From: Puccinia triticina
Taxonomy: Eukaryota
Assembly (NCBI GenBank): GCA_026914245.1
Contig: CP110440.1
Span: 1,798,001 to 1,862,000, forward strand
Reading direction: 5' to 3'
DNA length: 64,000 nt
Part shown: positions 1 to 13,467 of the stretch, in pieces
Numbering within the stretch: the first letter of the stretch is position 1
Layout of the letters: each line of letters opens with the position of its first letter
The notes under the pieces: generated by a model
The model's database searches: none
Seen by the model: the letters and a program-made list of their open reading frames with translations, nothing else
Told to the model about the DNA's origin: nothing
Made by a program: the position numbers and the translations under genes

Positions 1-775
1 CGTCAAAGCATCACATGCCACTCTGTGAGCCATACCGTCGCGGTTTTCTTTTTTTTTTTTTTTTTCCTGTCCGGCAGCAGGTAACCAAGAGCAGCGTGCA
101 GTCTAGGGACAGACTGCAAACTGGGGGAAGATGTGGAGTTCTGGGGCGCACTCAGGATGAAAATGCACGGGCAAGATCTCAAGGCTCAACCGCGCGGCGG
201 GCGCCCCATCCTCAAGACGTATCAGGATTTTCTTTTCTTCATGGTCTATCCTTCCCCCTTCCCTAAGTCTCCCTAACTCTCCGTCCTGTCTCTTTTCTTT
301 TCCTTTCCTTCCTTCTTTCTTTCTTTCTCTCCTATTATTCCCCCTTCTCTTCCTCACCTGTGTTGGTTTTCTTTATTACTTTGGTTGTTTTCTTTTTCTT
401 GTTGTCTTAGACATTTTGTCCTAGGTATCAGTGGAGTGGGTTGGTTTTTGTTTTGAGTTTTGTTTGGTTTTGTTCTTTTCTTTTTTCTCATCCTCTCATC
501 CTAGTTGTACGGGTGCGGCGGGCACGAGGGCTCGTCGCGCGGCATGTTGCGGGCCTGAATCCAAGTCAGCCAAACTTGGAGGAAGGATCCGCATGGTATC
601 CACCTCTGAACCACGAGGAATATCATCACCTTTTTGAGTTCTTGAGCTTATTGATCCCGGACCGTGTAGATCCTTCCCCGCATACTTCTGAGTTTTGAGT
701 ACCCGAGACTTCCAAGTTTCTTTTATCTGATCACCTCCCGATAATCCCGACGACCGCGCCGGCTTCCTTCTATCC

Positions 776-3020
776 TTATCTGAGCTTTTTTACCCAACCA
801 AACCCGCCGAGGGTATTCCAACCCCCTTGTTTCCTCTCAATAAATCCCCCCCCCCCCCCCCCAACAGCTATCACACCTTTCGACCCGTATCCGATACTTC
901 TCGCAGGACCACCGACGAGGGCAGCACTCAGCACCATCCCCTCAACCGACTGCCACGGCTCAGACCCGACAGGAGTCCATATCGGGCACAACGAAACCGC
1001 TTCGGCGGCTGCGATGCTGTCCCGTTGCTTGGCCGTCGCCTTCGCCTGTGCTGTTTGATGATCCAAAGAGTGTATCCGCTTGCCAGCGGTTCCTAAACAA
1101 TCTGGCTGGGTGTGGGGAATGGGGAACTCACATCGCGGGAGTGTTTCACCGCACGTAGTGCGCACCCCCTCGTCAAATACCCTTGCTTGCCTCCCTACGG
1201 GCTCCACCCCGTCGCTGGAGGTTGTTGTTGGGCAAGACGCAACCGCTTCGACGGCCGCGACGTGATCTAAGTTGGAGTGTTCTGGGTGCTCCCGGAAGCG
1301 GTGCTCCTTCCAATTGATCAGGTGTCCGTATTGGCGGATCCAAGGCATGCCCAGGATTCCGTCATAGGAGTCCTTCAGCCTCGTGACAATAAAAGTTGTT
1401 GGAGCTTGGTCGTTGTCAAGCCTTAAGTCGATCTCTCTAGAGGTCCTGCTCCTTGATCCATTGAAATCTGAGATGATTCTCTCACTCAGCATTGGTCTGC
1501 ACCGCAGACCGTGTTTGTCAATGAAGTTGTCACTCATGACACTGTGGGTGGCACCCGAGTCGATGAGGAATAAGGTGCGATGGGTTGTGGCTCTGAGAGA
1601 ATGTGTAGTATTGATTGCTAAGGAGAGGAGCATTTGGGGATCTGAGGTATTAAAAGGGGTAATACTACTCGTTCCAAGTTCTGCTACTACAGGATCTCTG
1701 ATGCTCGGGGGAGGCACAACCTTCACTCCCGAGCATCACCATTTTTTGACTCTTCCGCCCGCCCAGCGCTCTCGCTCGTCCCCTGGCCCGTGGTCAAACG
1801 TCGAACTTGCTCTTCCAACTCGGCGATCCGGATTGCCGCCTTTCCTTTTCCCTTAAACTCCTTTGGGCACTCTTTGTCGCCGCAAAAAAAACAAAGTCCG
1901 GATCTCATCATGTCGGCCTTTTCTTTGGCTGAGAGTTGCCCGCGCATCGCCGACAGGTCTATGGCGTTAGGGTCGACGGTGGTCATATTGGTACCGTTGA
2001 TTTCATTGTCAATTTCAACGCTAGGTTTCTGAGATTGGCAAGCTGATTGAAATGAACCCGCGCAAGGACCAGGGCCAACCGAATGTCTTTCTTCAAGCCT
2101 TGTTGATATTGACTCATGAGGGTCGTCGTTTCCCACCCGGCGTCGGCGGCGTACTGGTTGAAAAGGAAGGTGTAGTGCGACACAGTCTTTGTTTGTTTCA
2201 ATTGACGCAGCGCTTTCTGGGCCCGAGACTTCTTCTCCGTGTCGTAAAACATCATTTGGAACAATGTTGAAAATTTGATGTAAGAAACCGGATGGCCGGC
2301 GAACAGCTTTGCTGTGTATGGTTGAGCCCAAGCACTCGCCTGTCCCGTCAGATACAAAATCGGGAATATGACCTTGGTGCGGCTGTCCGGGAATAATCTG
2401 GGGTTTGAGATAACGTAAAGGCCTATTTGGTTGACATACGCCTCCGCCTTCGCTCCCCGGGTTCCATTGTACTTGTCCGGAGTCCCTATCTTGGGGCCCT
2501 TCGCCAGTGCTTCCGCCTGTGGTTGTTGCTGATCCTAGTGTTGGTCTAGGACAACAGGTACGACCGCTGGGGCAACCATCCCGGCTCGAGCAGCTGCAAG
2601 ATTGGCCTCGGCTCGTTGACAGAGCCCGCGTTCCTCTTGGATCGTGGCGGAGAGTTCGTCCAATCGTTTGCGCAACGCTGCCGCTTTGTCAGCCATCGGA
2701 TTGTAGTTGTTAGCTTTTGATTTCTGTCTTAGTTTCTGGTTCTTGGTTCTGGTTTGGTTCAATTCTGGTTCTTGTTTCTGGTTCGGTTCGAGTTATTTCG
2801 ATTCTGGCCTTGTCCCCTGTATGAGATCCAGCAATATGTAAGGGTTGGTCTAGGGGAGGGGGCTTGGGTCTGGGTCTCTTGGTAAAGTAGGTAGATTGCT
2901 GGATGGGGAGAGTATGATGATCTCTCCCCGGTTCCCCTATGTGCATGGGAACTGTGACATGTAAGTACAACTGTAACATGTCCCTAAGGAGGCTATGGCG
3001 CGCGGGCGCAGCTCATAACA
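776..3020 (-). mobile_element. 3'-truncated Ty3/gypsy chromovirus (5' LTR 2837-3020, frameshifted gag, protease, no RT); relative of the element at 44131
   Basis: Reverse complement begins TGTTATGAGCTGCGCCCGCGCGCC as at 44131. ORF pieces (WAQPYTAKLFAGHPVSY, CFFCGDKEC, FLIDSGATH) align with gag/pol of the full copy. The left boundary is approximate. Confidence 0.9.
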
Positions 3021-3117
3021 ATCTTGAGGCCTTTTATATGTACATGAGAAAAACTTTTGATTTTTCACATTTTCAAGTACCACACCGCCAAGGCAACAAA
3101 ACCACTGCCACAGAACC

Positions 3118-4081
3118 TGTGAGCCTGAGTCTCTATAGTGGCGGCGGGACACAAGGTAATGGGGGGCAATATTTGGATTTCTTTGGATAAAGAAAATACA
3201 AATATAAGAGAGAGAGAGAAGGAGAGAGAGAAACTGAGCAGATTCAAGATAAGCAAATATTCAAGGTTATTCTAGTGGGTACTAACTTCCACTGGCAATG
3301 CTACCTCCTTAAGGGAGTGCTGCCAAGCTTTGCTAGAGAGTGCAACAGCCTCCTCTCACCAAATAAACGTGGAGGGCTCCTGGATTAGACAAGTTTAATC
3401 CAGCCACAATTTTTTAGCTTCCTTCTGGATAGTCACAGTTCTTTAAATGGAAACCTATGTGGTTTGTTTCTTACAAAAACCACAGCAAAAGAAGGATGTA
3501 ATGAAGCAGAATTTTTTGATTGATGAAGTTAAGACAGGTGCAGACCTGTGATCAAAGATGGGGCAAAGGCCAGCAAAAGAAGAGCAATCAAGCAGACACA
3601 GAGTTGTACCTCTGAGATAACCAAGGTTCAGTGAAAGAGGTTACTTACTGTCAATATCCTAGGCGCCTGTGATGGTAGGGATACTGGGAGCGTGGTAATC
3701 TCTTTGGTGGTGATCCTGGGGTTATCTGGGGTGTGGTTCTGGTGTGCCGAAGTCTGGTGTCTAAAGTCTGTGGATCCTCCAGCTGCATGGGGAGAAAATT
3801 TTCAAGGTTGGCTGACATAATCACATATGTACATGTGGTTGGAGTGCTCTGATGCGCCTACATGGCGCTGCTGTGCATGCTCATCACAAACAAGGAACTC
3901 TATGAAGGAGTTGAGCTATTGGAAAGTGGCCAGTGGACACCAGGGTTAAAATTGCATGGGAAAACAGAATCTGAAGTCAAAACAAGGTTAAACCTTAAAC
4001 TTAACAAGATGTAAGAGAGTTGAGGTAGAAAACATTACAAAGGCAGACTTTAGGTCAGCTGTGCTGACTCTAATGCTGACA
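3118..4081 (-). mobile_element. Solo LTR (~964 bp)
   Basis: TG...CA ends, exact 5-bp TSD GAACC (3113-3117 / 4082-4086), homologous to the interrupted LTR at 56994-62607. Confidence 0.85.
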
Positions 4082-6634
4082 GAACCACCAGCTCGTACCC
4101 TTCATTCCAGGGCGCTCATTCAACCCAACACCTACAAAAAAACCTCCTATTTTTTCCTCAGCCCGCTCTTCTTACCCCTCCAATTGGCTGGGGATAAGCT
4201 CTTGGGGACGGGTCCCAGCCCCAACTGCTACTGGGTACGGATGCATACGGAGTGGCTAAAAGGTGCTCTCAGGCCGGGTCTTCTTGAGTCATCATTGCAA
4301 GCACAATAGCATTGAGGGTGCGTTTCTGATCACACCATATGTTTTGACTGAGTACCGCTATGATACTCCAAAGTCATACTCAACACATGTGAGGACCCCC
4401 TCCCCCATCTCCTCAACCTACAGATCTAATTGAGTACCTTTGGGAAATCAGGTGCCTCTTTCCAAGCGTATGCAAACAGATACAGGTACAATTTTGCACG
4501 GTCACTAGGGCAATCCAACACCCCTTTCTGTGTGGATGGGGTTCTCCGTTCACAACGCTCATCCCAAGCAACCCCCAAAAAATTTTGTCCACTCCTTTGA
4601 TTAATATGTCCTACATAGCATATTCTAAATTGAAGCTCCAATACACAGGTAACGGGGCTATTGGCCCTGAAAGTCTTTGGGTTGCTCAAAGATTCATGGA
4701 ACATTGCAGTCGAAACTTTGCCATTGTGATCAAAGGGCCAATGGAAAAGCCAAAGCTGAAAATTTGGTGAAACGAGTCAATCTAATCTTCATGGCTTTTG
4801 TTGTGAGGATTTGAGTCCTGACCCCGCACCAAAAAGGCAAAGAGGGTCTAGGTTTAAACCTAACCCATCCAGGGAGAAAGGTCAGTCAACCCCTCCTCTA
4901 GACTATGCATGTGCATATGTCCCAGGAGGAAGAATAAGCTTTACACCACGGGTGCAGTTGGACGGCGGGCGGACGTGCGGCCCGACATTGGCCACCCCCT
5001 CTCCACCCCTGCAGTAAAATGTTGCACGGCGGACGTTGGGAGGAGTGTATTTCGGGAAGGTTGGGCTGCCCCTGACGGCGGCTAGGCCACAAATCCTACC
5101 CGGACGTTGGGCTTTGAGCTGGGATTACCCAGACGTCGGCTGCGGGGCCCAGGGTCGTGAAGAGATCCAAGCAGCAAAAACTGCCCCCGGACGGTCGATC
5201 CAGCGACCGCACCATGGATCCTGGAAGTGCTCACTCATCAGTGCGATCACTTACGACTGCTGCACTAACAACAATCTTGATATCTGTGCTCACCTTAGTC
5301 AACATTGTATACCGCCGTCTCTACTTATCATGACGAGCAAACATTGCGAAGTCCAACAATTTTTTTTCTTTTTTTTTTCTCTTCTATGTACGATCCGCGA
5401 GCACGCTCGGCAGATCATACTGGTGGTCTCAGGAAACTCACTTTTTCAAGTGAGCTTCTGACCTTGGGCCAACGGACAGGTCGACTAGTCCGGTGACTCG
5501 TTGGGAAGGTCGGCTCATTTCTGGGGGCAGCTGACCTGTTGAAAACCTCAAGGGCCGGCCAACCATGCTGACCCGCCAGGCAGATGGGTTGGCCGGACCT
5601 ATCAGACAAGCCGACCATGCTGCCTTGCGGGTCGGCACGGTCGGACGAGGTCGGCCTGCCCTCCCTGTTGGGAGGAACAGCCAACGGGTGGTTGGGCAGG
5701 GTCGGGCTGCTCGACGTCCTGCCAGGACGGCCCGACCCAAATCTGACGGAGGATCCGCCCGCTGCGCAACTCACTTTACAAGTGGAGCCGTGGTGTAGGC
5801 TGACTTCTCCGCTCCAAACAGCCTCATCAATAACCAACGCAAAGCCCCCTCAGATCAAGCTCAGCGCACAACCTTCAAGGTGAGTGTTGGCTGATCCCTG
5901 ATGCAGCAACGGTCCAACGGCTGATAGTTTGATTAATCCTACAGCAAAAAGGACGCGAAGAGCATCCAGGCCGATCCGGCTCCAGCCTCAGAGGACGCAT
6001 AACCCCAGCATTGACTGAAGGTAAGTGATCTCTCTGCAGAGCCTAATCAGATAGAGGAAGCTGACTCTGCAGCAAGTTGTGAAACAGAACGTAGCACAAG
6101 CAACTCCCTATCCCAGCGCATCGTCTAACCGGAAGGCGCAATATTGCAAGCAGCCAAACGTGAGAACAATAGCGCAGTAACTGAAAACGCTCAGCTGAAA
6201 GACAAAGGCTAACAAGTTCTGTTGCCATTTCTTAGTGTTTTCAGATCCCCATATCCATAAAAACTCCAGCTGCTTTTCAGCTGTTAAATCTCTTTCTTTA
6301 TCTTTATCTTTATATCTCGAGTTGTATTGCAACTTGCTCCTAGGTACATTCTTACATCAATCATTGTACCTAGTTTATAGCCAACTCATCAGAAATGTTA
6401 TCCTAGTTGTCTGAACTCTAACACCCGTGACACAAAGAACGTTCTCAACGATTTCTCCAGGCTTGGGTTCATTTCCCCCCCCCCCCCCCTTCCTGTACAC
6501 AAACACTCAGCTCCCCAAGCTCACTCCTTTTTTCTGGCTGAGAATCCAGACCAATCTCCTCCACATTGTATCCGAAACCCTTCTCAAGATCCTGCAAGCA
6601 ATCCTGCTCTCGGATGCGACCAGTCTGATGGCGC

Positions 6635-9130
6635 TGTGACTCGTAGCAACGCTCTTTGAGCGTGGTCCAGGCGTTCGCCGGGTGCATTTCACGCATGCCG
6701 CCTGCCCCTCTGGGCCCGAGCGCGGATCGAAAACAACGCGTGCGGCTGGACGTGGCCGCGATTGAGTGATGGTTCACGGTCTTACCCACGGCGGAGCTGC
6801 TCGCCCCGGCGGGTTTCCTGGCTTATGACTTCCGGGCGACCGTGTTAAATTTCACACAACTAAGAGCAGATCCGCTCGGTACTGGGTGAGAATGAGATTT
6901 GATAAATGTAAAGTGCTACTGCGTAGCTGAAGAAACCTTTGGGTTCTGAGAGTTAGGCTCGTGGGTCTTGTTCCTCAAGATTCACCAATACAAGCTAGGA
7001 GGGATCTGGGACCGCGGTTGTCTGTTGCTGTGCACAAGAACAACTGTCAGTCTAAAGTCATTTATGACTATGGCACTACAGCAATAATCTTACCTCCGTT
7101 GTTGGGGTTAGAGATTCTATCGCTGAGGCTGGAACCTTGTCGGTCTACGGCGTCGGATACGAGTGGGCTGCGAGATCGTAAAGATGCTCTGATCAGCTCC
7201 ATCTGTCCTAGCTGAGGCTACCCCAAACAGACTCACATACCTGGTAGGTGTTTTGTCCTGTTTGGGTCACTTGGGCGCTTCGTCGGTTCCTGACGTGGCT
7301 AAAGGTTTAGGAGTGGATGAATTAGCTTTAGCCAACTTCATTCGCCTGGGGGCGGCATGCATATTGCATGCGCCTGAAGGTCGCACCGGCTCACCTCGAT
7401 CCCCAGTAGGGTTAGGTCTAACCGCCTTGCGCTTCCTCTGGTTCGGGGATGTACGAGAATCCTGACAGACCGTTGGGTGGTCATCCGCACTCTGGGACCA
7501 ATCAGATGGCTTCCGACGCTCTTGCCACTCTTGTAGACTCCCCGGCCGCTCGCCATCCTTGTCCTCTGCATTTGCCAGCTGATGGGCGGTTAAAGAGCTG
7601 GCTGATATTTGAGCAGGGCATTTGAAAACATCTGATTTCTTTCCAGCTACAAGCACTTCCTCCCCGTTTAGCATGGCAGATGGCCTTCAAATTAGCCAAG
7701 CCAAATCATGGCGCCTGAGGGAGAAGAATAGCTAATAGAAACCCAACAGGTAAGCTCAGAGGTTTGACAGGAACCAACACAATAGGCTGACTCATTAAAC
7801 AATCACTAGGCAAATTTGCCGCCACACAAGGAAATTGGGACGACAGAGATGCTGCCCAAACACATAACTTCTGCAACAAGCCCTAGAGGTATACATCATT
7901 TGTATATTGATTAGACTACATCTCACCATTGTAAGATTTCACAGAACTAAGATGTATTTCTTGATTAGAGAGGTCTATCTGGCATATCCAGAGACTTAGA
8001 GAAAGGAATACAAAGAAAGAAAAAAAACAATAGGTACCTAAGAGCGGATCTTGACCAACTCTGGTATGGACAACAGTACGAGGACTTGATTGCTGGGATG
8101 ACTGCAATGCAGCTGAGATCACGTATTTGTGATTAGGACGGAAGCGTCTGGTTAATTCAGCTGCATGAGCAGTCAGTACGGGTTCTTCCCTTATGGAAGC
8201 CTTGTAAGAGATGAGTCTCTTACTTAAGATCAAACGGCAGAGCGCTCAACACGGGCCGATTTGACTCACAAGACTTCCGGAGCAGATGGTATCTGTTTCA
8301 TCATTAAGCTCACGGTAAGTTCTCTGCTTATGTCTATTTATAGGCTCTGCAGCGAAGTACTTACCACCTAAGGTGGGTTTAGTTTATTCTGTCACTGAGG
8401 CTGGAACCTTTAAGGTCTGGGTTGGCGTCAGTAGCAAGCGTGCTGTAACAGAGAAGAGATCCTGTCAGCACTGCTTGACCTAGCTGTGACAATACCGCAA
8501 TTCTCTTACCTTGTTGATGGTTGAGTTTGCTGGTATTGCTGGGGCACTTTGTTGTTTGATGACGTGGCTAGTTGGGAGCAGAGGATTAGCGTTAGCTTAA
8601 TACTTCTGCCTGGGAGCATCATGCATATGCATGTGCCTGAGGGAAGCGCGGACTTACCAATCCCCCTTACGGGGTTAGGGTTCAGTTCCTTGCGCAACCT
8701 GTGCTCTGGGCCTAAATCCAAGTCTAGACAACCATTAGACGTAAGACCTCTGTTAGGTCCTTCACTACAGTCCAGTGAAGTATGATCCGGAAGGATCCAG
8801 TAATGGATTTGGGACTAGACAAGACCTTATGTCTTGGAGAGAATTCTAGAACCCAACAGTATAAATTGCACAATCTAGCTCAGTAGAAGGAATCAGCTTT
8901 TTCTCTCTATGTACAATGGATGATGAGGGAAGGGAATGGAACAAGATTGAGAAGGGGAATTGTGAGACATACCTAGCTCAGTAGAAGGAATCAGCTTTTT
9001 CTCTACTGATCTAGGCAGGTGCGGAGGCGTCAAGCTTAAAAGGTCGCGGTGTTGGTTGCTGAGTAAGGATCAGAAACTGTTCCATGAACCCTGAGCCGGT
9101 GAGGTGGCGAGGGCTTTGCATTAGATCACA
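6635..9130. mobile_element. Probable long LTR or LTR-element remnant with internal duplications
   Basis: TGTGA...TCACA inverted termini and internal repeated blocks (~7120/8395, ~7320-7440/8580-8710, 8875/8972). No TSD found. Confidence 0.35.
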
Positions 9131-10955
9131 GTCTTTGACAATTGCTATGAACACATGTAATTTAAATTTTGACAATCATCATGATTTTATATTGTAATCA
9201 CACAAAAAATGGATTTTTGATAGGTCTTAAGCCTAAACCCTGAAGCAGGGTGGGATTTTTTTAGATACCAAATTTTGTGCACACAACCAACTGGATGTGA
9301 CCCTATCACATGTCCCAAACATCAAATTTTGTTGTTTGTGAAATTGTTGCTGAGGAGTTTCATTTTTAATCTTGGACATGAGTCAATCTTCAAGTTTAAA
9401 TTCAAAAAAAAAAAAACTGTAGCTTGTCACTTTTTGACTAAAAAGGAGGTCAAGTAACTCAGCTCAATCAATTTTTCCAATAATAATGGATCATTAGCCA
9501 CAAATGGAAAAATTATATCAGTCAAGCTCAACAGGATTTTAACTGTCATAGAGGCTCAATCTTATGAGATTGTGCATATTTAGTCAATGTGAATTGCAAC
9601 TGGTTCCACTGAGCATAATGAAGCTAGGTTTCTGCAAGTCTTGATCAACAAGAACAATGTGGCTGTGGCACATCTCAAAAATTGTTTATCTAGGGCAGTA
9701 GTTTACATCCCAAACTTTGAACAATGTAACACTGATGCTTTTATTGACCTTGATTTCTGACAAGATTGGTGAGAACTTTTGATCTCAATCTAACATGATG
9801 AAATTTCTGGAATGTTAAATTGACATGGAAATTATACCCTAACTAACCAATTCTCCTTTGCCTGGGGCTTTTCCAGGAATACATGTAAAGGATTTATTTT
9901 TTTAACAATCTGTGTATCTTTTTTATCTTGATTGAAATGAGGGCTGGGAATTTTGCTAGTGGCCACCAATTGAATCTGATATGATCCAGGTAATTGCCTT
10001 TGGTGATGCAACAGGGGGCATGCTGGCACATCTGCCTTGTTGATTTTGATACTTGATGGTAAGGGGTCACTTTAGTTCCTGGAAATTGCAGCAGCGTAGC
10101 CACTTTGAACTCTAGTCTTCAGTAAATCCTTTGAAATCTACACTCTTTCAATAGAACTTCAGGCATTTGGCCCATCTCAAATTTTGCCAGGTGATTCCTG
10201 TATTTATTTAGTGGGGAAAAAAATTTCAATTTCTTGTACTTTGTTTCCTTGAAGCTGTGGGAAAAACCTGTTGTTTTTTGGTAACTTTTGTCTCCTGTAG
10301 AAGGGACCCTTGATTTGTTTTCCAAAAAAATATGGTTTCAATAGACTTGGAATTATGTAATCCTAAAATAGTTTTTGATTTTGGGGTTTCATCTTGAAAC
10401 AGTACAAGTTGTATATATAGATGAACTGGGCCGGAAATTTAAAAAACCTAATTTTATGTTTCAGACAACCATTTGAGGTCAACTCTTATCAGCTTCATCT
10501 GTGGCAAGTTTCATGGGGAAATGTATAAGGAATTCGTTTACTAAGGCGTGCAGGGTATCTTTGATATAATCAAAGAGCCCCCTGATAATAACTTGCTTCA
10601 ATTCACCAGTCAATTTAGATTGCTTACCCATGACCATCATTTGAACATTTTGCATCAATTTCCATCTACAATGATTTTTAACCCAAGGTACCCCCAACTT
10701 CTCTTACTTGCAGTGTTCTGCTTGAAAGCCACCAAAGCAACGCCAGTGCATGGTTTGATGATAGAGAAGGGTTGGTGAACAAATCACAACCTGGTTGATG
10801 TGATTATTTTATACTTGTCTTTTCATTTCACCAATGAATATAAATAACATCCAAGTTTATTAAAGACATACAAACACAAAAACAAAAATCAAGGGTTTCC
10901 CCTACAGATCATTTAAAAAAACACTCCGCAACCACCACACTAGACCCACTACCCA

Positions 10956-13439
10956 TCCTCTCCTAGAGAGGGTTAAAGTAGTGGGAAGATGACCCCCAGC
11001 GCGCCGCATTTAAGGCAATTGCAAAGGGGGGTCACCGAGAATTATTCCTCAGACTGCGCAAATGCAACAGCGGAGGGGGTTGAGTCAACTCTGGCTGGAA
11101 TTGCAGCACAAGAATTAACCCTCGGACTAAGCAAGTGCAACAGCGGAGGGGTTGAGTCAACCAACTGGCTGGAATTGCAGCTCAGTCGGTCGACTGCCAA
11201 TATAAACAATCATCAATGTTGCCCTTTTATAGGCTCCATCTCAACTCCACCCAATGCCCACCTTGCCACGACCGCCGACCAATGTATCCTGTCTCTAAGA
11301 CAACGGCCCCTTACCCTCTCAACCAACCTTCCCCACTACAGTTTCCCCACACAACCAAACAGCCTCAACATTCCCAACTTATCCACAACAACACAACCAT
11401 CCAACCAACTCCACCACAACAGCTCGTCGTTCCGCTCCTTCTAAGACCTCCTTTCGCCTCTTCCAACGCGCTTCGTCCTACGCAAACGCCACGCCGCCGG
11501 TTGAACCATAAACCACCTCGCAACAAGTTTTCTCCACCTTACGTACACGCAACCCAGTCGCGGCCCCCCTCAACCGCGGTCTACTCCAGAACAACTGGCA
11601 CCATAACTACAACAGTAAACCTTTTTTGTCTCATCCAAACCGCGGCACACCGCGTAATCTCACTTAGCCGCATGCCCTGTTTTTCCGGCGACCTCACACC
11701 AACCTTTGCTCAGTCAACCATGCAGTAAAAAGGTCAAATCAAACCTTCCCAGTAAGCATAGCTTACCCGTCTCGCCACCATCTAGACCCGCACCCTTGCA
11801 CTCTAACCAGCCTGAAAGAGGCCCCCATGTACATACTAAAATATCCAATCTTGCTTTGAATTCAGCGCAGGCCCAACTGATAACTCACGCTAATGACCCC
11901 ACAGTCCCGCCCAAATTCCAACCATGGCAGACTATGGCGACTCGCTCGTGGCGTATCCTCTTGACGTGCCCGTCTTGGCCCTCTCCGCGACTAGATCAGT
12001 ATCATGACTACATCCCATGCTTCATGTAGACTCTCCCGCGGTGTTCGCTTTGACCGAACTCACGTTGCTTGACCACCGCTTCTTGCAGGCCAAATTGACT
12101 TCGATTGCGAACATTTTGAATTTTACTGCCCGATGAATGCTTGGGCGCGATTGGGTGAGTTCCCGCTCGTCATCCCAGCCATCGTGAGCCTAGCCCGATA
12201 GTGTGGAGACATTTATTGATGCTGAAGCTGACACCAACTTTGTTACATTAACACCTGGATGGGCCATACCAAGGCTGTCTCGCCCATCCGACTCTTTCCA
12301 GAGAGTGGTCACTTATTACTGGGCGCGAGTATGGACTCTTGGGACAAAGTAAGTACTCCTCGCCCTGCAGCCGTTTATTATGCCAAATTGTTTTTTACAG
12401 ATTCAACCAGTAGGACTTTTATTTGCAGGATGATGGAAAAAAACCTCTTCCACTTTGTTCTGCCCAATATTTGAGCAGATGACAGGCCATTGACCACAAC
12501 CCACGCGCTGATTTTTCCAAGTATTGATCATAGAAATTTTTTTATTGCACTTCAATAAATTGTGTAAATCCTGTATAAAGTCTTCTTTCTCAATGATTTC
12601 CTGATCTTCTTGATTAATCTTCTTCTAGAAGTCTACTAAAAACTGTAAATCAGTTTCAATGAATTATTCTGTTATTTAAACTTTTTCATTTTCCTTTCTA
12701 AAAAAAAAAAAAAAAAACATTGTGGACAAGACAGTCACTGTTTTGTTGATTTTTTTTTTCATAAATTCAATTATTGTGGATATCTCAGTTGATCTAATGT
12801 GTTAATTAGGTGATTCCATGCTTATTGTTAGTGGTTTTAGAATTTCTTGGTTTAAAATAAAACATCTATCAAAACCAATTCTTTCATTTGATATTCTCAG
12901 TATATTTCAGAAGTCAAAGGTACTCTCTGGTCTTGTATAATTTGATATGGGTATGGCCCAGTTCTCTGCCAGGATCTTTGAAGTTCATGGATAATGAGCA
13001 GAAAATTTTCTCCCTGCAGAAAGATTTCTTGATATTTTACTTGGGCAACACCAAGGTGAAACTGATCACCCTGATGACATTGCTGATTGAGGTCCTGTTG
13101 ATGAACGGCTTCAAACACCGATTCATGTACAGGAACTATGATAACGGCAAGTTCTTCAAGGCAAACATGTTTGCACTTAACAAGTCTTTGAAACATTCAC
13201 ATACCTGATTGAGGAATCCTCAATGAATTATTTTGATTTCATTGAGAATTCAAGGGAGTTTCCTATTGATTCTGCTTGACAATTTGTTTTTCATATTTAG
13301 CATTGATGAGAAAATACCAACAATTGGGGGGGGGGGGCACACAATTGAGGGAATGTTAAATAAATCAGTTCTGGGTAGTGGTAGCCTACACTGGTGCCTG
13401 ATATAGGGTGTACAGCGGCGCAGCCGCCTTTGCCTCTAG
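10956..13439 (+). mobile_element. Probable non-autonomous Helitron
   Basis: GC hairpin GCGGC-GCA-GCCGC (13415-13427) followed by CTAG|T at 13436-13440. The 5' end A|TC at 10955/10956 is only a candidate. Confidence 0.6.
12253..12348 (+). pseudogene. Isolated WD40 exon fragment resembling splicing factor Prp17/CDC40
   Basis: TWMGHTKAVSPIRLFPESGHLLLGASMDSWDK resembles the first WD repeat of Prp17 as I recall it. It ends at a GTAAGT donor and I see no other exons. Confidence 0.65.
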
Positions 13440-13467
13440 TTGATTATTAATTTTTTACATACTGTAG

